Positions 37,973-48,322 are shown, counted from the stretch's first letter. The stretch: DNA of 64,000 nucleotides from Nanobdellota archaeon (GCA_038046385.1 JBBSWH010000001.1:1-64000), one strand, 5' to 3'. Notes: generated from the sequence alone by a model not told the origin. A program made the numbers and translations.

Positions 37973-38827
37973 TTAAACTGCCATCGGCGCTTTTATCGCA
38001 GGATGGCTTTCATAATTTTCGAGTTTTATGTCTTCCATTTTGAAGTTATTTATGCTTTTTATTTCAGGATTCAACCAGAGCTTAGGAAGTGGGAAAGGTT
38101 TTCTTGACAATTGCTCTTTTACCTGATCAAAATGGTTATTGTAAATGTGAGCATCTCCGAGCGTGTGCACGAATTCTCCTGCTTTCAGGCCAGTTGCCTG
38201 CGCAACCATGTGGAGCAGTAATGAATATGATGCAATGTTGAACGGCACTCCAAGGAACATATCACATGAGCGCTGGTACATCTGCAATGAAAGTTTTCCG
38301 TCTGCAACAAAGAACTGGAAGAAAACGTGGCAAGGCGGAAGGGCCATCTTATCGAGCTCGCCGGCATTCCATACATTTACTATAATCCTTCTGCTTGTCG
38401 GGTCTGTTTTTATCAGGTTGATTGCGTTTGCGAGCTGGTCAACCTCTTTTCCATCGGGGCTTTTCCAGCTTCTCCATTGAACGCCGTAAACTCTTCCAAG
38501 ATCACCTGGAAATTTTGCTTTTGGCTTCCAGTAATCAGCTTCTGCGTTTGCAGTCCAGATTGTCTGCTTTGACTGGTCTCTTGTGCCGTGAAGAATTTCC
38601 GCCAATCTTCGTTCATCTCCTGACCCTTCAATAAACCACAATAATTCAGAAACAATTGCTTTCCATGCAATTTTTTTTGTCGTGACAGCCGGAAATCCGT
38701 TTTCCATATTAAACCGCATCTGCACTCCGAAAACAGCCCGTGTTCCAGTGCCTGTTCTGTCTTTTCTGTCGGTTCCGTTTTCAAGAACAAATTTTAAAGC
38801 GTCGAGGTATTGCTGCATGTTTATCAA
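37973..38827 (-). CDS. thyA: Thymidylate synthase ThyA
   Basis: [38 protein letters not shown]. Confidence 0.97.
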   Translation of the reverse strand: MINMQQYLDALKFVLENGTDRKDRTGTGTRAVFGVQMRFNMENGFPAVTTKKIAWKAIVSELLWFIEGSGDERRLAEILHGTRDQSKQTIWTANAEADYWKPKAKFPGDLGRVYGVQWRSWKSPDGKEVDQLANAINLIKTDPTSRRIIVNVWNAGELDKMALPPCHVFFQFFVADGKLSLQMYQRSCDMFLGVPFNIASYSLLLHMVAQATGLKAGEFVHTLGDAHIYNNHFDQVKEQLSRKPFPLPKLWLNPEIKSINNFKMEDIKLENYESHPAIKAPMAV

Positions 38828-38863
38828 TAATGAGCAATGCTATTCACTTTTAATAGTTTTGGA

Positions 38864-40348
38864 TTATTTTACCAAATAAACTTCAGAACTCTCTGCAACT
38901 TCCCTTGCGAACTTCAATCTTTGTTCGCTTTCAGCATATATTGTGAACAATTTGTCGTTTTTCCCAACTTTGTCGTTTACATGCTTGTAAATGTAAACAC
39001 CGGCACCCTTGTTTTGAGGTGCGCCTGCGATTCTTGCAATTCTTGTGATGTAAGAATTGCTTATCTCCTTTACAGTTCCGTTCTTGCTTGCAACAATATC
39101 ATAAGTATACTTGCCAACTGCTATTTTTTCAGGGTTAAGCTCTTTTCCTCCCTGGGCTTTTATTATCTCTTCCATTTTTTTGTAAGCCTTGCCCGAATCA
39201 AGCATTTCAACTGCTTTTTTTGCGCCGTCTTTAATTCCCATCATCTTGAAGATATTTGCGCACATTGCAACGCACTTTTTTTCCAGATCAAGCGGCCTTC
39301 TTGCGTCTCTTTTCAAAAGCCATACTACATCCTTGGCTTCAAGCGCCGGCCCTACCCCGTTGCCGATAGGCTGGCTTCCATCTGTTACCATCACTTCAAT
39401 ATGCTTCCCTAGTTTTTTGCCTATGACTTCAAACTGTTTTTTTAAGTGGAGTGCTTCTTTTTTTGTTTTTACTTTTGCGCCTTTTCCTGTTGGAATGTCA
39501 ATCAAAATATGCGTGCTTGAGACAGAATGCTTCTTTGCCATTATTGACGCAAGCAATTGACTCTCTGCATCAATTTCCAATGGCTTTTCAACGGCTATTA
39601 TTTTGTCGTCAGCAGGCGCCAAGTTCAAAGAGCCGCCCCAGACAATGCAGCCCTTTACCTTCAGAACTATTTTTTTCATTTTTTCTATCGGGAAAGTTAC
39701 ATTTGCAAGAACTTCCATGGTGTCTGCTGTTCCTGCCGGGCTTGTTATTGAACGGGAGCTTGTTTTTGGTATATAGAAACCCGCCGCTGCAATTATCGGA
39801 ACAATAACCATTGTCGTTCTGTTGCCAGGAATTCCGCCGATGCAGTGCTTGTCAACTACAGGGTATTTTCCTATTTTCAAAACCTCTCCGTGCTCCACCA
39901 TGGATTTTGTAAGAAGTATTGTCTCTTTTGGCGTCATGACATTTGTGTAGCACGCTGCGACAAAATATGTTAGTTCAATGGAGCTTAATTTGTTGTGCAC
40001 AATATCCCAAACAATCTGGTCTATTTCTTTTTTTGACAGAATTCCTCCGTCTAACTTTTTTCTTATGAACTCTATTGAAAGCGGCTTTTTTGCTATCTTG
40101 ATTTCAACATGGTCGTTGTTTTTTATCTTTAACGACTTCATAACTTCGTCAAAAAGGCCTACGCAGCCCTGTTTTATCACCTTGCTGTTTTGCGCTATGT
40201 CAACAACAACAGTTTCTATTTTATTGCCTTTGATTATTTTTACCCTGTCCATCAAATGCAAATCGAGAAGTTCAGCATCGTGCTTATTGAAGACTGCAAC
40301 AAGCGTCACTCCGCTTGAAATGTCCATATCTTTTACTTTTAGCTTCAT
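38864..40348 (-). CDS. AMP phosphorylase (archaeal thymidine-phosphorylase family)
   Basis: DKHCIGGIPGN, KTSSRSITSPAGTAD, LAPADD, GVGPALEA. Confidence 0.92.
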   Translation of the reverse strand: MKLKVKDMDISSGVTLVAVFNKHDAELLDLHLMDRVKIIKGNKIETVVVDIAQNSKVIKQGCVGLFDEVMKSLKIKNNDHVEIKIAKKPLSIEFIRKKLDGGILSKKEIDQIVWDIVHNKLSSIELTYFVAACYTNVMTPKETILLTKSMVEHGEVLKIGKYPVVDKHCIGGIPGNRTTMVIVPIIAAAGFYIPKTSSRSITSPAGTADTMEVLANVTFPIEKMKKIVLKVKGCIVWGGSLNLAPADDKIIAVEKPLEIDAESQLLASIMAKKHSVSSTHILIDIPTGKGAKVKTKKEALHLKKQFEVIGKKLGKHIEVMVTDGSQPIGNGVGPALEAKDVVWLLKRDARRPLDLEKKCVAMCANIFKMMGIKDGAKKAVEMLDSGKAYKKMEEIIKAQGGKELNPEKIAVGKYTYDIVASKNGTVKEISNSYITRIARIAGAPQNKGAGVYIYKHVNDKVGKNDKLFTIYAESEQRLKFAREVAESSEVYLVK

Positions 40349-40388
40349 GTTGTAAACTCCCGGATAGGTTATTTATTAATTCTTTGAT

Positions 40389-41471
40389 TTAGAAATATTC
40401 CTTCAATTCTGTTTTTTCATCTTCGTATATCTCGACAAAGGTCATGAGCAGCGAGAGAATCACAGGACCCAACAAAAGACCGAGGATGCCAAAAAGGTTT
40501 AACCCACCAAGCACGCCGATAAGCACGAGGATAGGGTGGACATCTGCTTTTGTGCCTATAATCTTTGGCTTTATTATGTTGTCAATGCTGCTTATGATTA
40601 TAATTCCATAAACTAGCAGGAGAACTCCTTTTATTATCGGCGTGTTGTCGTTTTGCAAATATCCAGTAAATATAAGGTTAAGTGCGGCAGGAAGCCATAT
40701 AATTGCAGTTCCGAAATAAGGAATCAAGGCAAAGATAATCATGACAAATCCCCACAAGATGGGGGAGTGAACCCCTAGCAAAAAGAAACCTATTCCGCCA
40801 AGAATGCCCTGTATGACTGCAACAAAGATGTTGACGTAAAACACAGCATAGGTTATATTATGAAATCTTTCAAAAACATTCTGCTTGTGATGGCCTTTTA
40901 ACGGGAGTATACTCTTTATCCTTTTTGATATTGCTTCCCCGTCCTTGAGAAGATAATAAACAACAAACATCATGACAAAAATATTGAGCATTATTGCCGG
41001 TATAGACGATATGAACTGCGAGAAGCTGTCAAGTATGAAAACCGTTATTTTTCTTATTGAAGACTGCACGTAATAATCAAGGTCATTCTGCGGAAGAAAA
41101 CCTACAACTGTTTTTATGTTTTGGCATGACCATGAATCCTGATCGCTGCACACCACATTGATGAAGTTTGTCCCAAGCTTTTGCTGGTTTAATGTTTTGT
41201 ATGTTGCGTAAGCTTCTTTGGATACTAGGCCAAAAACAACTATGAACGGGACGGTAATCAAAAGGACTAACAGGAATGCAATAAGACCTGCCGTAATCAC
41301 TTTATTTTTTATCTGGACCAACATTTTTTGGTATACTGGGTAGGCAAGGTATGCAAGCATTGCCCCGGATGCAAAAGTTGCAAGGAACGGCTTTGTTATG
41401 AAGAATGCAAGCGCAATTATTGCGAGGAATAAAAGCGAGAAAAATATTTTAGGATACAGATTAGACTTGAT
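40389..41471 (-). CDS. AI-2E family transporter, probable ATC start at 41471
   Basis: YYLLKDG, IDNIIKP, HPILVLIGVLGG..FG..G...GP; the frame stays open upstream through a first TM helix to ATC after a GGTGA SD-like motif. Confidence 0.85.
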   Translation of the reverse strand: MKSNLYPKIFFSLLFLAIIALAFFITKPFLATFASGAMLAYLAYPVYQKMLVQIKNKVITAGLIAFLLVLLITVPFIVVFGLVSKEAYATYKTLNQQKLGTNFINVVCSDQDSWSCQNIKTVVGFLPQNDLDYYVQSSIRKITVFILDSFSQFISSIPAIMLNIFVMMFVVYYLLKDGEAISKRIKSILPLKGHHKQNVFERFHNITYAVFYVNIFVAVIQGILGGIGFFLLGVHSPILWGFVMIIFALIPYFGTAIIWLPAALNLIFTGYLQNDNTPIIKGVLLLVYGIIIISSIDNIIKPKIIGTKADVHPILVLIGVLGGLNLFGILGLLLGPVILSLLMTFVEIYEDEKTELKEYF

Positions 41472-41516
41472 TGTTTCACCCTTTTTATTGCTTTAATGGA
41501 TACAAATTAAGTTTTT

Positions 41517-41586
41517 AATTCTGTTCGCTTCGCTCACAATAGTTAGTGCTCGGGTTTCGCTCGATGCCAGTCGCTCAACCCTCGCT
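41517..41586 (-). repeat. Family A hairpin element
   Basis: Minus strand: gcgag ggtt..aacc cgag then ttgtgagcGAAgcgaacag. Confidence 0.7.
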
Positions 41587-41619
41587 TATTTATTATAATG
41601 CTCAATTAACAAATGATTA

Positions 41620-41650
41620 ATGATAATGAATGGGCCTGACAGATGTGAAC
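41620..41650 (-). repeat. Degenerate duplicate of the tRNA-Val 3' end plus flank
   Basis: atgataatgaatgggcctgac-agatgtgaac versus 41711-41742. Confidence 0.75.
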
Positions 41651-41721
41651 CAACCCTTTTGTGAGTTGACGACAAATATCATGTGCCATTTTTAATGGCA
41701 CGACCCGAATATGATAATGAA

Positions 41722-41835
41722 TGGGCCTGACCAGATTTGAACTGGTGGCCTTCACCGTGTCGAGGTGACGTCATTTGCCGCCCGCAAACTCAGCAAATGC
41801 TTAATTTGCGCGGTACCGGACTAGACCACAGGCCC
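41722..41835 (-). tRNA. tRNA-Val(GAC) with 40-nt D-loop intron (41775-41814)
   Basis: GGGCCTG/CAGGCCC acceptor stem; TCACC-TCGACAC-GGTGA; relaxed BHB at the same position as in tRNA-Ala. Confidence 0.9.
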
Positions 41836-41972
41836 TTAATGAATGAGACCAATGCGGTGTTTTTATACCTTTCTAAGCCCAGATGAACATTTTTGGGAAT
41901 ATCTGTATAAATAGGTTTCTACATGGAAAGGCTTTTATATTTTGAAATGATTTACTGCAATGGGTGGTTTAA

Positions 41973-42635
41973 ATGAAAACAAAATTAATTTTTGTTATGA
42001 TTTTTGTATTAATATTGGCTTCTGCATGCGCAACCCAAGTTCAGGTTACGCAGCCTGCAGAAAAAACTGTTGTAAAGGATCCTGTTAAGCCTGATGTTTC
42101 AGTCCAGCCGGTGTTTCCTGTCCCGAAAAATATACCTTCTGAGATAAGGGAATTGTTTGTCAAGGCTGAGACAAGGGCAGAAAGCGCCTCTTATCTGTAT
42201 CAGGGGCCGGAAACAGGAAATGACATTTCCCAGTTTTATGTAAAGGGGGACAAAATAAGGCATATTCCTTCAAGAAATTTAAAATCGCTGGACAAGCCGG
42301 AATCTTTTGACTCAATCTTCATAGACAAGGCTGCAAAAACAGCTAAGTCTTATTGTGTTGATCCTACTTGCAAATACAAGGGGCTGAAAGCAGAGCTGGA
42401 TTATGAAGCGTACTATGTTCCAACAATATTTGACTGGGCTGATTTTAATTCTGCAGAGAAGATAACGGAAGAGCAGATTGAAAGGCGTGCAACGTGGGTT
42501 GTAAAGACCGACAAGGGAACTTTGTGGATTGACACTTATTACGGAGTTCCGCTTAAAGTTGACGCTGATGGAGCTATTTACAAGTACCAGCAGGTTAATT
42601 TCAATGCAGTTAAGGATTCTGACGTGAATCCTTGA
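41973..42635 (+). CDS. Putative lipoprotein
   Basis: Signal peptide with lipobox LASAC. Confidence 0.7.
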   Translation: MKTKLIFVMIFVLILASACATQVQVTQPAEKTVVKDPVKPDVSVQPVFPVPKNIPSEIRELFVKAETRAESASYLYQGPETGNDISQFYVKGDKIRHIPSRNLKSLDKPESFDSIFIDKAAKTAKSYCVDPTCKYKGLKAELDYEAYYVPTIFDWADFNSAEKITEEQIERRATWVVKTDKGTLWIDTYYGVPLKVDADGAIYKYQQVNFNAVKDSDVNP

Positions 42636-42644
42636 TTTTTTTGT

Positions 42645-43052
42645 TTAAATTCGTTTAGTTTTGAAGAGTCTTATGATGTCTTTCTTAAACGCTAAAATCC
42701 AGATAGAAATTGAGTATATGATGAGTTGAGTTATATAAATCAGATAATCCGTGCCATACCCTTTCTGTAAGCCTGACCAGAGCGTACCACCTATTAAAAT
42801 GAATAAGCTAAAACTGATATGAAGAATCAAAACACATAGAAGCAAAATAATAGTCAGGCGAGCCCAGTTTTTGAAATGCCAAAGTCCATAACCGATAATA
42901 GCAGGCAAAATCCCCATGAAGAGAGAGATGCTACCTACCGGCGTATCCCCAGAGATAATGATACGTATCCCGTCAAACACAGCAAGAATTGTTCCGATGA
43001 AAGTCAGCACTGATATTATGCGAACGATTTTACGCGCAGTTGATTGTTCCAT
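42645..43052 (-). CDS. Hypothetical membrane protein
   Basis: Four hydrophobic segments; GYGLW.FKNWAR. Confidence 0.65.
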   Translation of the reverse strand: MEQSTARKIVRIISVLTFIGTILAVFDGIRIIISGDTPVGSISLFMGILPAIIGYGLWHFKNWARLTIILLLCVLILHISFSLFILIGGTLWSGLQKGYGTDYLIYITQLIIYSISIWILAFKKDIIRLFKTKRI

Positions 43053-43133
43053 TGTTTTATAATTAATGCTCTTCTGGCATCATGGAATATATAAAGTTTT
43101 TGTATTGGCTCAAAAATTTATTTTAAGAAATAA

Positions 43134-43523
43134 TCAAGTAGTAACTTTAGTCTGCTCCACTTTCTTCCACAAAAAGTATGATGCAAACATCACTGCAAGG
43201 AATATCAGCGGCATAAGTGTTGCAAACATTCCGTCTCCTACAAAGTAGAACGATGCAGATGCTCCGATAATGTCAATGGTGAATCCTGCATAGGCCCATT
43301 CCTTTATTATTTTGAATTTCCACTGAATTATTGCAATTGCTCCTAAGATTTTTGCAACACCTATGATTGTGTTGACATACATCGGATAGCCAAGGTGCTT
43401 CATTATTTCCACTCCTTGCGGTATCTGCATTATCTCAGATATTCCGGAATAGAGCATGAACAATGCGAACAGTACAGTCACAAACCAATAAAGAATTTTG
43501 ATTATTCTTGGCTTCATTTTCAA
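43134..43523 (-). CDS. DoxX-like family membrane protein
   Basis: YW..T.L, HLGYP.Y, GVAKILG, KEWAYAGF. Confidence 0.85.
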   Translation of the reverse strand: MKMKPRIIKILYWFVTVLFALFMLYSGISEIMQIPQGVEIMKHLGYPMYVNTIIGVAKILGAIAIIQWKFKIIKEWAYAGFTIDIIGASASFYFVGDGMFATLMPLIFLAVMFASYFLWKKVEQTKVTT

Positions 43524-43576
43524 AAGTTTGATTATGGCGGTATTTATAGATTGCTAAAAAATAAATAGTAGATTCA

Positions 43577-44224
43577 CTATTTATGCCTTTTTTTCTTAAA
43601 CTTTATTGTATGTATGTTCCATTGCTTTGAATGACTTTTAATTAATTTGAATTCTTCAAGAAGCGGTCTAATCCTATCCTGCCTACTTTTTAAAAAAGAC
43701 TCAATTTTATCGTCGAATTCTTCATCATTATTAGTATTCCATCCAAACTTATATGAAAAATGATGCTTTCTTGCATAATAATTTAGCCTATTAAATGTTT
43801 CAAATTTAAAATATAACAAAGTTCTACCGTCTTTTAATGTTATCTCTCTAAATTTTTGAGTTGCTAAATCCTTAATTCGTTTCATCCCAATTTTGTTATT
43901 TTCTGGAATATATAAAACTAAAAATGAATTTTCTGGATAATATTTAAAATAGTTAAGCAAAAGCTCTTTGTCTATAATGAACTCTCTATCTCTTGAAATT
44001 ATCAACGATTTTATTTCCACGTAAAAAGTTTGTTCATTAAAGGAATCATACAATTTTAAATCTGGAGAATAAATATCTCTTGCAGAGATGTTTTCAATAA
44101 AGTGTTTCCTATGTTCAACTCCAACAAAATTCACTTCAAAACCCATGTCCTTAAAAAGTTCACAAACTATTTTTTCACCCTCCTTTCCATATTTATATTC
44201 AATTGAATCAGGTATCTCAGTCAT
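43577..44224 (-). CDS. PD-(D/E)xK nuclease-like protein
   Basis: GKEGE..V, SPDL, YVEIKS; start at MTEIPD. Confidence 0.7.
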   Translation of the reverse strand: MTEIPDSIEYKYGKEGEKIVCELFKDMGFEVNFVGVEHRKHFIENISARDIYSPDLKLYDSFNEQTFYVEIKSLIISRDREFIIDKELLLNYFKYYPENSFLVLYIPENNKIGMKRIKDLATQKFREITLKDGRTLLYFKFETFNRLNYYARKHHFSYKFGWNTNNDEEFDDKIESFLKSRQDRIRPLLEEFKLIKSHSKQWNIHTIKFKKKRHK

Positions 44225-44285
44225 ATTGATAATTAAACTAATTGACTTTTTTAATCTTTTTAATATAGCTAGAAAATAATAAAAA

Positions 44286-44404
44286 AGCCTCTGATGGGAA
44301 TTGCACCCACGACCTTTGCCTTTTAGGCTAGCATATGGTACCAAGGCTTCGCGGATTAAAAGAATACTTCCAATCTAACGCAATGGCTACTATGCTACAG
44401 AGGC
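44286..44404 (-). tRNA. tRNA-Thr(GGT) with two introns (44348-44376 at 28/29; 44322-44338 at 37/38)
   Basis: GCCTCTG/CAGAGGC acceptor stem; removing both BHB-like introns restores TTGCC-TTGGTAA-GGCAA. Confidence 0.8.
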
Positions 44405-44468
44405 ATATTAATACAGAAAATTGCCCCATATTTAAATTTAATCAATAAAACAAAAAATAAAAAACCCC

Positions 44469-44786
44469 CTACTTCTTCACAACCTTTTCTTCCTTAAGCA
44501 CTTTCTTTGCTATCCAGAAAACCACAAGCGCGATTATCACAAAATTCAGCAATGCAGCGACAAATGCGCCCCACTTCAGAACTACCGGGCCTAAGTTTAG
44601 AGTTGCTTCCTGCCATGCTCCTCCGGGTATGAACGGGGTTATCAGCGGCATTATTATATTATCAACAAGCGATTTGACCAATGCAGTTATGGCTACGCCC
44701 ATTATGAATGCGACAGCCAATCCCATCACCTTATACTCTTGCAAAAATTCCTGAAATTCTTTTATCATCTGCATAAAACCACCCAT
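44469..44786 (-). CDS. mscL: Large-conductance mechanosensitive channel
   Basis: EFQEFL, LAVAFIMG, SLVDNIIMPL, WGAF...LNFVII. Confidence 0.9.
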   Translation of the reverse strand: MGGFMQMIKEFQEFLQEYKVMGLAVAFIMGVAITALVKSLVDNIIMPLITPFIPGGAWQEATLNLGPVVLKWGAFVAALLNFVIIALVVFWIAKKVLKEEKVVKK

Positions 44787-44864
44787 TTATTAGATTAAAT
44801 CCAATTAATTTAAATCTTTTTATTGGCAAATATTATATACTTGCATCCCAAATAAAAAAAATAA

Positions 44865-46658
44865 ATGGTATTTTCAGTTCAGATAGGCTTAATTATATTG
44901 TTCTCTTTGGTAGGGAGCCTTCTCGCGTCAAGGTTCAGGCAGCCGACTGTTATAGGGCTGCTTATAGCAGGGGCAATCGTCGGGCCGCATGCCCTTGGGA
45001 TTGTGAACGATCCCGAAATTGTCGAAAGCGCAATAGAGCTCGGGGCAATCCTGCTGCTGTTCACCATAGGAATAGAATTCAGCATAAAAAACATATTGAA
45101 TCTGGGGGCGAGGGCTGTTTTGATAGGGGCAATAAAAATAAGCATCGTGCTTCTCCTTTCTTATTATGCTGCGCTTTTTATGGGAGCGAGCGGCCTAGAG
45201 GCGATTTTTTTCGGAATAATCCTTTCAATAACGAGCACAGTCATAGTAATAAAAGTAATGGAGCAGAAAGGGCTTGCAAAAAAAGAGGAGCTTCCGCTTT
45301 TGATAACAATCCTCATCCTCGAGGACATTTTCGGTGTTTTTGCACTTGCATTTATTTCCGGGCTCAATACGCATGCAGACCTGAATCCGATAGGAATACT
45401 TACGAAACTTGCAGTATCCCTTGCCCTGCTGGTATTCACTTATCTTATTTTACAGAGATTAGCGGGGCGCGCTTTCAACTGGATTGCAAAATACAGCTCC
45501 GAAGACACTGCAACATTTACTTCACTGAGCCTTTGCGGAATAATGGCATATGTTGCAACGCTTCTTAGCCTGTCGCCTTCTGTGGGGGCTTTCCTTGCCG
45601 GCAACATAATAGCATCTTTTCCAAATTCAAAATCATTCGAGAAAGCAATACACCCTTTTCTTTTGACATTCACTTCCCTTTTCTTTTTTTCAGTAGGCAC
45701 AGCGGTGAACTTTGCTTCAATAATCTTTGAATTTAGGCTCATACTTGTGCTGTTTGCGGTAAGCGTAATTGTGAAATTCATCACCATAGGGGCCGGCAGC
45801 TACATCTTCACAAATTTCAACGGAAAGCAGGCGGCTTTTAGCGGAATTGCAATGATATCCATCGGGGAATTTTCGCTGCTGATAGCAAAAGAGGCTAATG
45901 CTGTGGGAAGCAGCATGGATTTTGTCAGCATAACTGCCTCGATAATACTTCTTTCGACAATAACCATGTCTCTGATGATAAGCAATACCGGCAGCGTATA
46001 CAGGCTGACAACACGGCTCATTCCAAAAAAGATGAGGGAGAACATGGATATAACTTCAAAATACATAAACAGCATATCTTGGGCGATGGTAAGGGACAGG
46101 GTCAACCTTGGAAAAATAAAATCCGAGTTCTATAAGATACTGAACAACATGACCTTCGTTTTCGTGTTCATAGCCCTGGTGCTTTTTTTATGGAGATACT
46201 TCCATGTTGCAATCAGCAGCCTGCTCAGGAATGACTATGCCACATATTTCACTGTTATTGCCATTGTAGCCATACTCTACATACCGGTATCAAGAATAAT
46301 AAAAAATGCAGCCCATTTAAACAAGGACCTCTTCCGGTTTTTTGTAAAGATATCCCCAAAGGAGCTTCAGTTTGATACAAAAATTTTCAGGAAGATAAGG
46401 ATACTCTCCCTTTTGTTCATAGCCATGATAGTGTTTCCCCAGGTATTCCTTTTTTTCAGGATACCTGTCATCTACAATGCGCTGGTGGTATTAATCTTCT
46501 TAATAATAACATTCAATGCCCTGATGGCATCCAATATGATACACGATGTAGTGCACAAGCACGAGAAGGATTTTGGAAAATCCGACAAGGGATATGTTGC
46601 CATACTGAAGAAAAAGATGAAGAAAGTCGAGAAGGAAAGGATATTCGAAGAGAATTAA
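44865..46658 (+). CDS. CPA2 (KefB-like) cation:proton antiporter
   Basis: G.IVGP, ELGAILLLF.IG.EFS, LILED, GAFLAG, IGEFS. Confidence 0.88.
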   Translation: MVFSVQIGLIILFSLVGSLLASRFRQPTVIGLLIAGAIVGPHALGIVNDPEIVESAIELGAILLLFTIGIEFSIKNILNLGARAVLIGAIKISIVLLLSYYAALFMGASGLEAIFFGIILSITSTVIVIKVMEQKGLAKKEELPLLITILILEDIFGVFALAFISGLNTHADLNPIGILTKLAVSLALLVFTYLILQRLAGRAFNWIAKYSSEDTATFTSLSLCGIMAYVATLLSLSPSVGAFLAGNIIASFPNSKSFEKAIHPFLLTFTSLFFFSVGTAVNFASIIFEFRLILVLFAVSVIVKFITIGAGSYIFTNFNGKQAAFSGIAMISIGEFSLLIAKEANAVGSSMDFVSITASIILLSTITMSLMISNTGSVYRLTTRLIPKKMRENMDITSKYINSISWAMVRDRVNLGKIKSEFYKILNNMTFVFVFIALVLFLWRYFHVAISSLLRNDYATYFTVIAIVAILYIPVSRIIKNAAHLNKDLFRFFVKISPKELQFDTKIFRKIRILSLLFIAMIVFPQVFLFFRIPVIYNALVVLIFLIITFNALMASNMIHDVVHKHEKDFGKSDKGYVAILKKKMKKVEKERIFEEN

Positions 46659-46701
46659 GGATTTTTCTGGTGGAATATAAATGCGGGGAACTGATGCGCC
46701 C

Positions 46702-46737
46702 CAACCTTTTCTTATATAAGAAAAGCTTGACCAAAAG
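46702..46737 (+). repeat. Family C hairpin element
   Basis: caacctttt..aaaagcttgaccaaaag; same motif as 13452-13486 and the tRNA-Ala intron. Confidence 0.75.
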
Positions 46738-46874
46738 AAGTATGCTACGCAGTTGTGAGGTAAACCTCACTAAAGAAAATATAATGCGGGGGAAGCACAT
46801 TCCGCCCCTATTAGAATGCGTATCTTAAATTCCCTTTCTTATTTATATATCTTTTCATGTTACGTAGGGTGCTT

Positions 46875-47348
46875 TTAGTATTTTTTGAGTATAGAGAGAA
46901 TTTCTTCAACTTTTCTACTCCTCTCTAAAGAATCATTTTTTTGCTCTGGCAATAGATTTTGAAATATAACAATCATAGAATTAGAAAGAATAAGCATATT
47001 GGAAAGGATAGTCTCCATTTCTTCAATGGTAGGGATATTTTTACGCATTAAGAAGAACCTCTTTTTATGTAAGTATTTGTACTCTATATTCAGATGTGCC
47101 CAAATTTTTCTTAAGTTTTTTTGTATATCTATAACTTCTTTAAAAAATTCATTAGATATAACTTCTTTGATAAACATGTTTGTAAGTATACTTTTCCTAA
47201 ACATTAGCTCTGTCTGTAACTTATTCAAACTTTCTTTAAATTTATAATATGGCTTAATCATAAACTGGTTAAGAAGCTCTCCAGTTATGTATACTACCAC
47301 TCCCCCTATAATTGTTAGTGAAGCCGTTAAAAATTCTGATTCATACAT
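46875..47348 (-). CDS. Hypothetical protein with N-terminal TM (element cargo)
   Basis: 157-aa AT-rich ORF. Confidence 0.6.
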   Translation of the reverse strand: MYESEFLTASLTIIGGVVVYITGELLNQFMIKPYYKFKESLNKLQTELMFRKSILTNMFIKEVISNEFFKEVIDIQKNLRKIWAHLNIEYKYLHKKRFFLMRKNIPTIEEMETILSNMLILSNSMIVIFQNLLPEQKNDSLERSRKVEEILSILKKY

Positions 47349-47413
47349 ATCTTAAAAAGTTACTAAGATTTATTAATAAGCTTTCCTCTAATTAGTGTCT
47401 TCTTAAGAATTAA

Positions 47414-48322
47414 TTATAGTTTTTTGTGTTCAAGTTGCCTGATACGATTTAAAATTTTTCCAACCTCTCGTGGCCGCATGAAAGCCATAAACAGTATAAA
47501 TGGAATTATAATAAAAGTTGCCCACACAACTATGACATAAATCCAAGTATAAATAACTTCGAATATATTGTTAAATTTATCAACACTCTCAATAGTTACC
47601 GACATAACCAACCAGGTCATAATAAAAAATATGTTTGCTATGGTTATTTTATTTAAGAATCTCGAAACTCTTATTTTATGGTTCAAGTACTTAATATTGT
47701 TCCCCATATGCAAGAAGAGGTAAGCTCCCAAATAAAAGATAACTGATAAGCTAAATTTGAAACTAACTTTATCTGCTGAGTCTGCACCCCCATTTACTCT
47801 GAAAAATAGATTAATAACAGTTCCTAAAAATATGGCTAATGTAGTTAGAAATTCTAATTTAGACTTTAAATCCTTGACATCAACAGAGGCAACAACTCTT
47901 AGTACTTGAGTTTGTTGGACAGTGGTTTCTGGTTTTTCTTTTACAAAAAAAGCAACTACACTCAATAATAATCCCATCAAAATGAACAAAAGCTCCAATT
48001 GTCTGTAGTATTTTACTTTTTCATTCAGATAAATATATTTATTAGTCAAAGGACCCATATTTTCTGCCAGATTTCTCGCTTTTAGGGCATAATTTGAGCT
48101 ATTGATTAAGAATTTTGTATCGCTTTTATTCATGTAATAGATTAGAAAATTAAGGTCAGATTCCGAACTCCAAGAATTAACAGCATCACGAACGTAATCT
48201 CTTGTAGTAACAAATTCTTCTGATGTGCTTTGATAGAAATCTCCAATGAAATGAAAAAATATCGATAAAGTAACAGCTATGGTAGAAAGTATAATTAAAT
48301 TATTTTTTGTTAAGCTAACCAT
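47414..48322 (-). CDS. Hypothetical multi-TM membrane protein (element cargo)
   Basis: About 6 hydrophobic segments; GAGGTG SD-like motif upstream. Confidence 0.65.
   Translation of the reverse strand: MVSLTKNNLIILSTIAVTLSIFFHFIGDFYQSTSEEFVTTRDYVRDAVNSWSSESDLNFLIYYMNKSDTKFLINSSNYALKARNLAENMGPLTNKYIYLNEKVKYYRQLELLFILMGLLLSVVAFFVKEKPETTVQQTQVLRVVASVDVKDLKSKLEFLTTLAIFLGTVINLFFRVNGGADSADKVSFKFSLSVIFYLGAYLFLHMGNNIKYLNHKIRVSRFLNKITIANIFFIMTWLVMSVTIESVDKFNNIFEVIYTWIYVIVVWATFIIIPFILFMAFMRPREVGKILNRIRQLEHKKL

Noticed and set aside
38837-39412. Antisense ORFs opposite AMP phosphorylase, and the many similar shadow ORFs across the window
   Set aside because: They lie opposite confidently identified genes and have no recognisable motifs.
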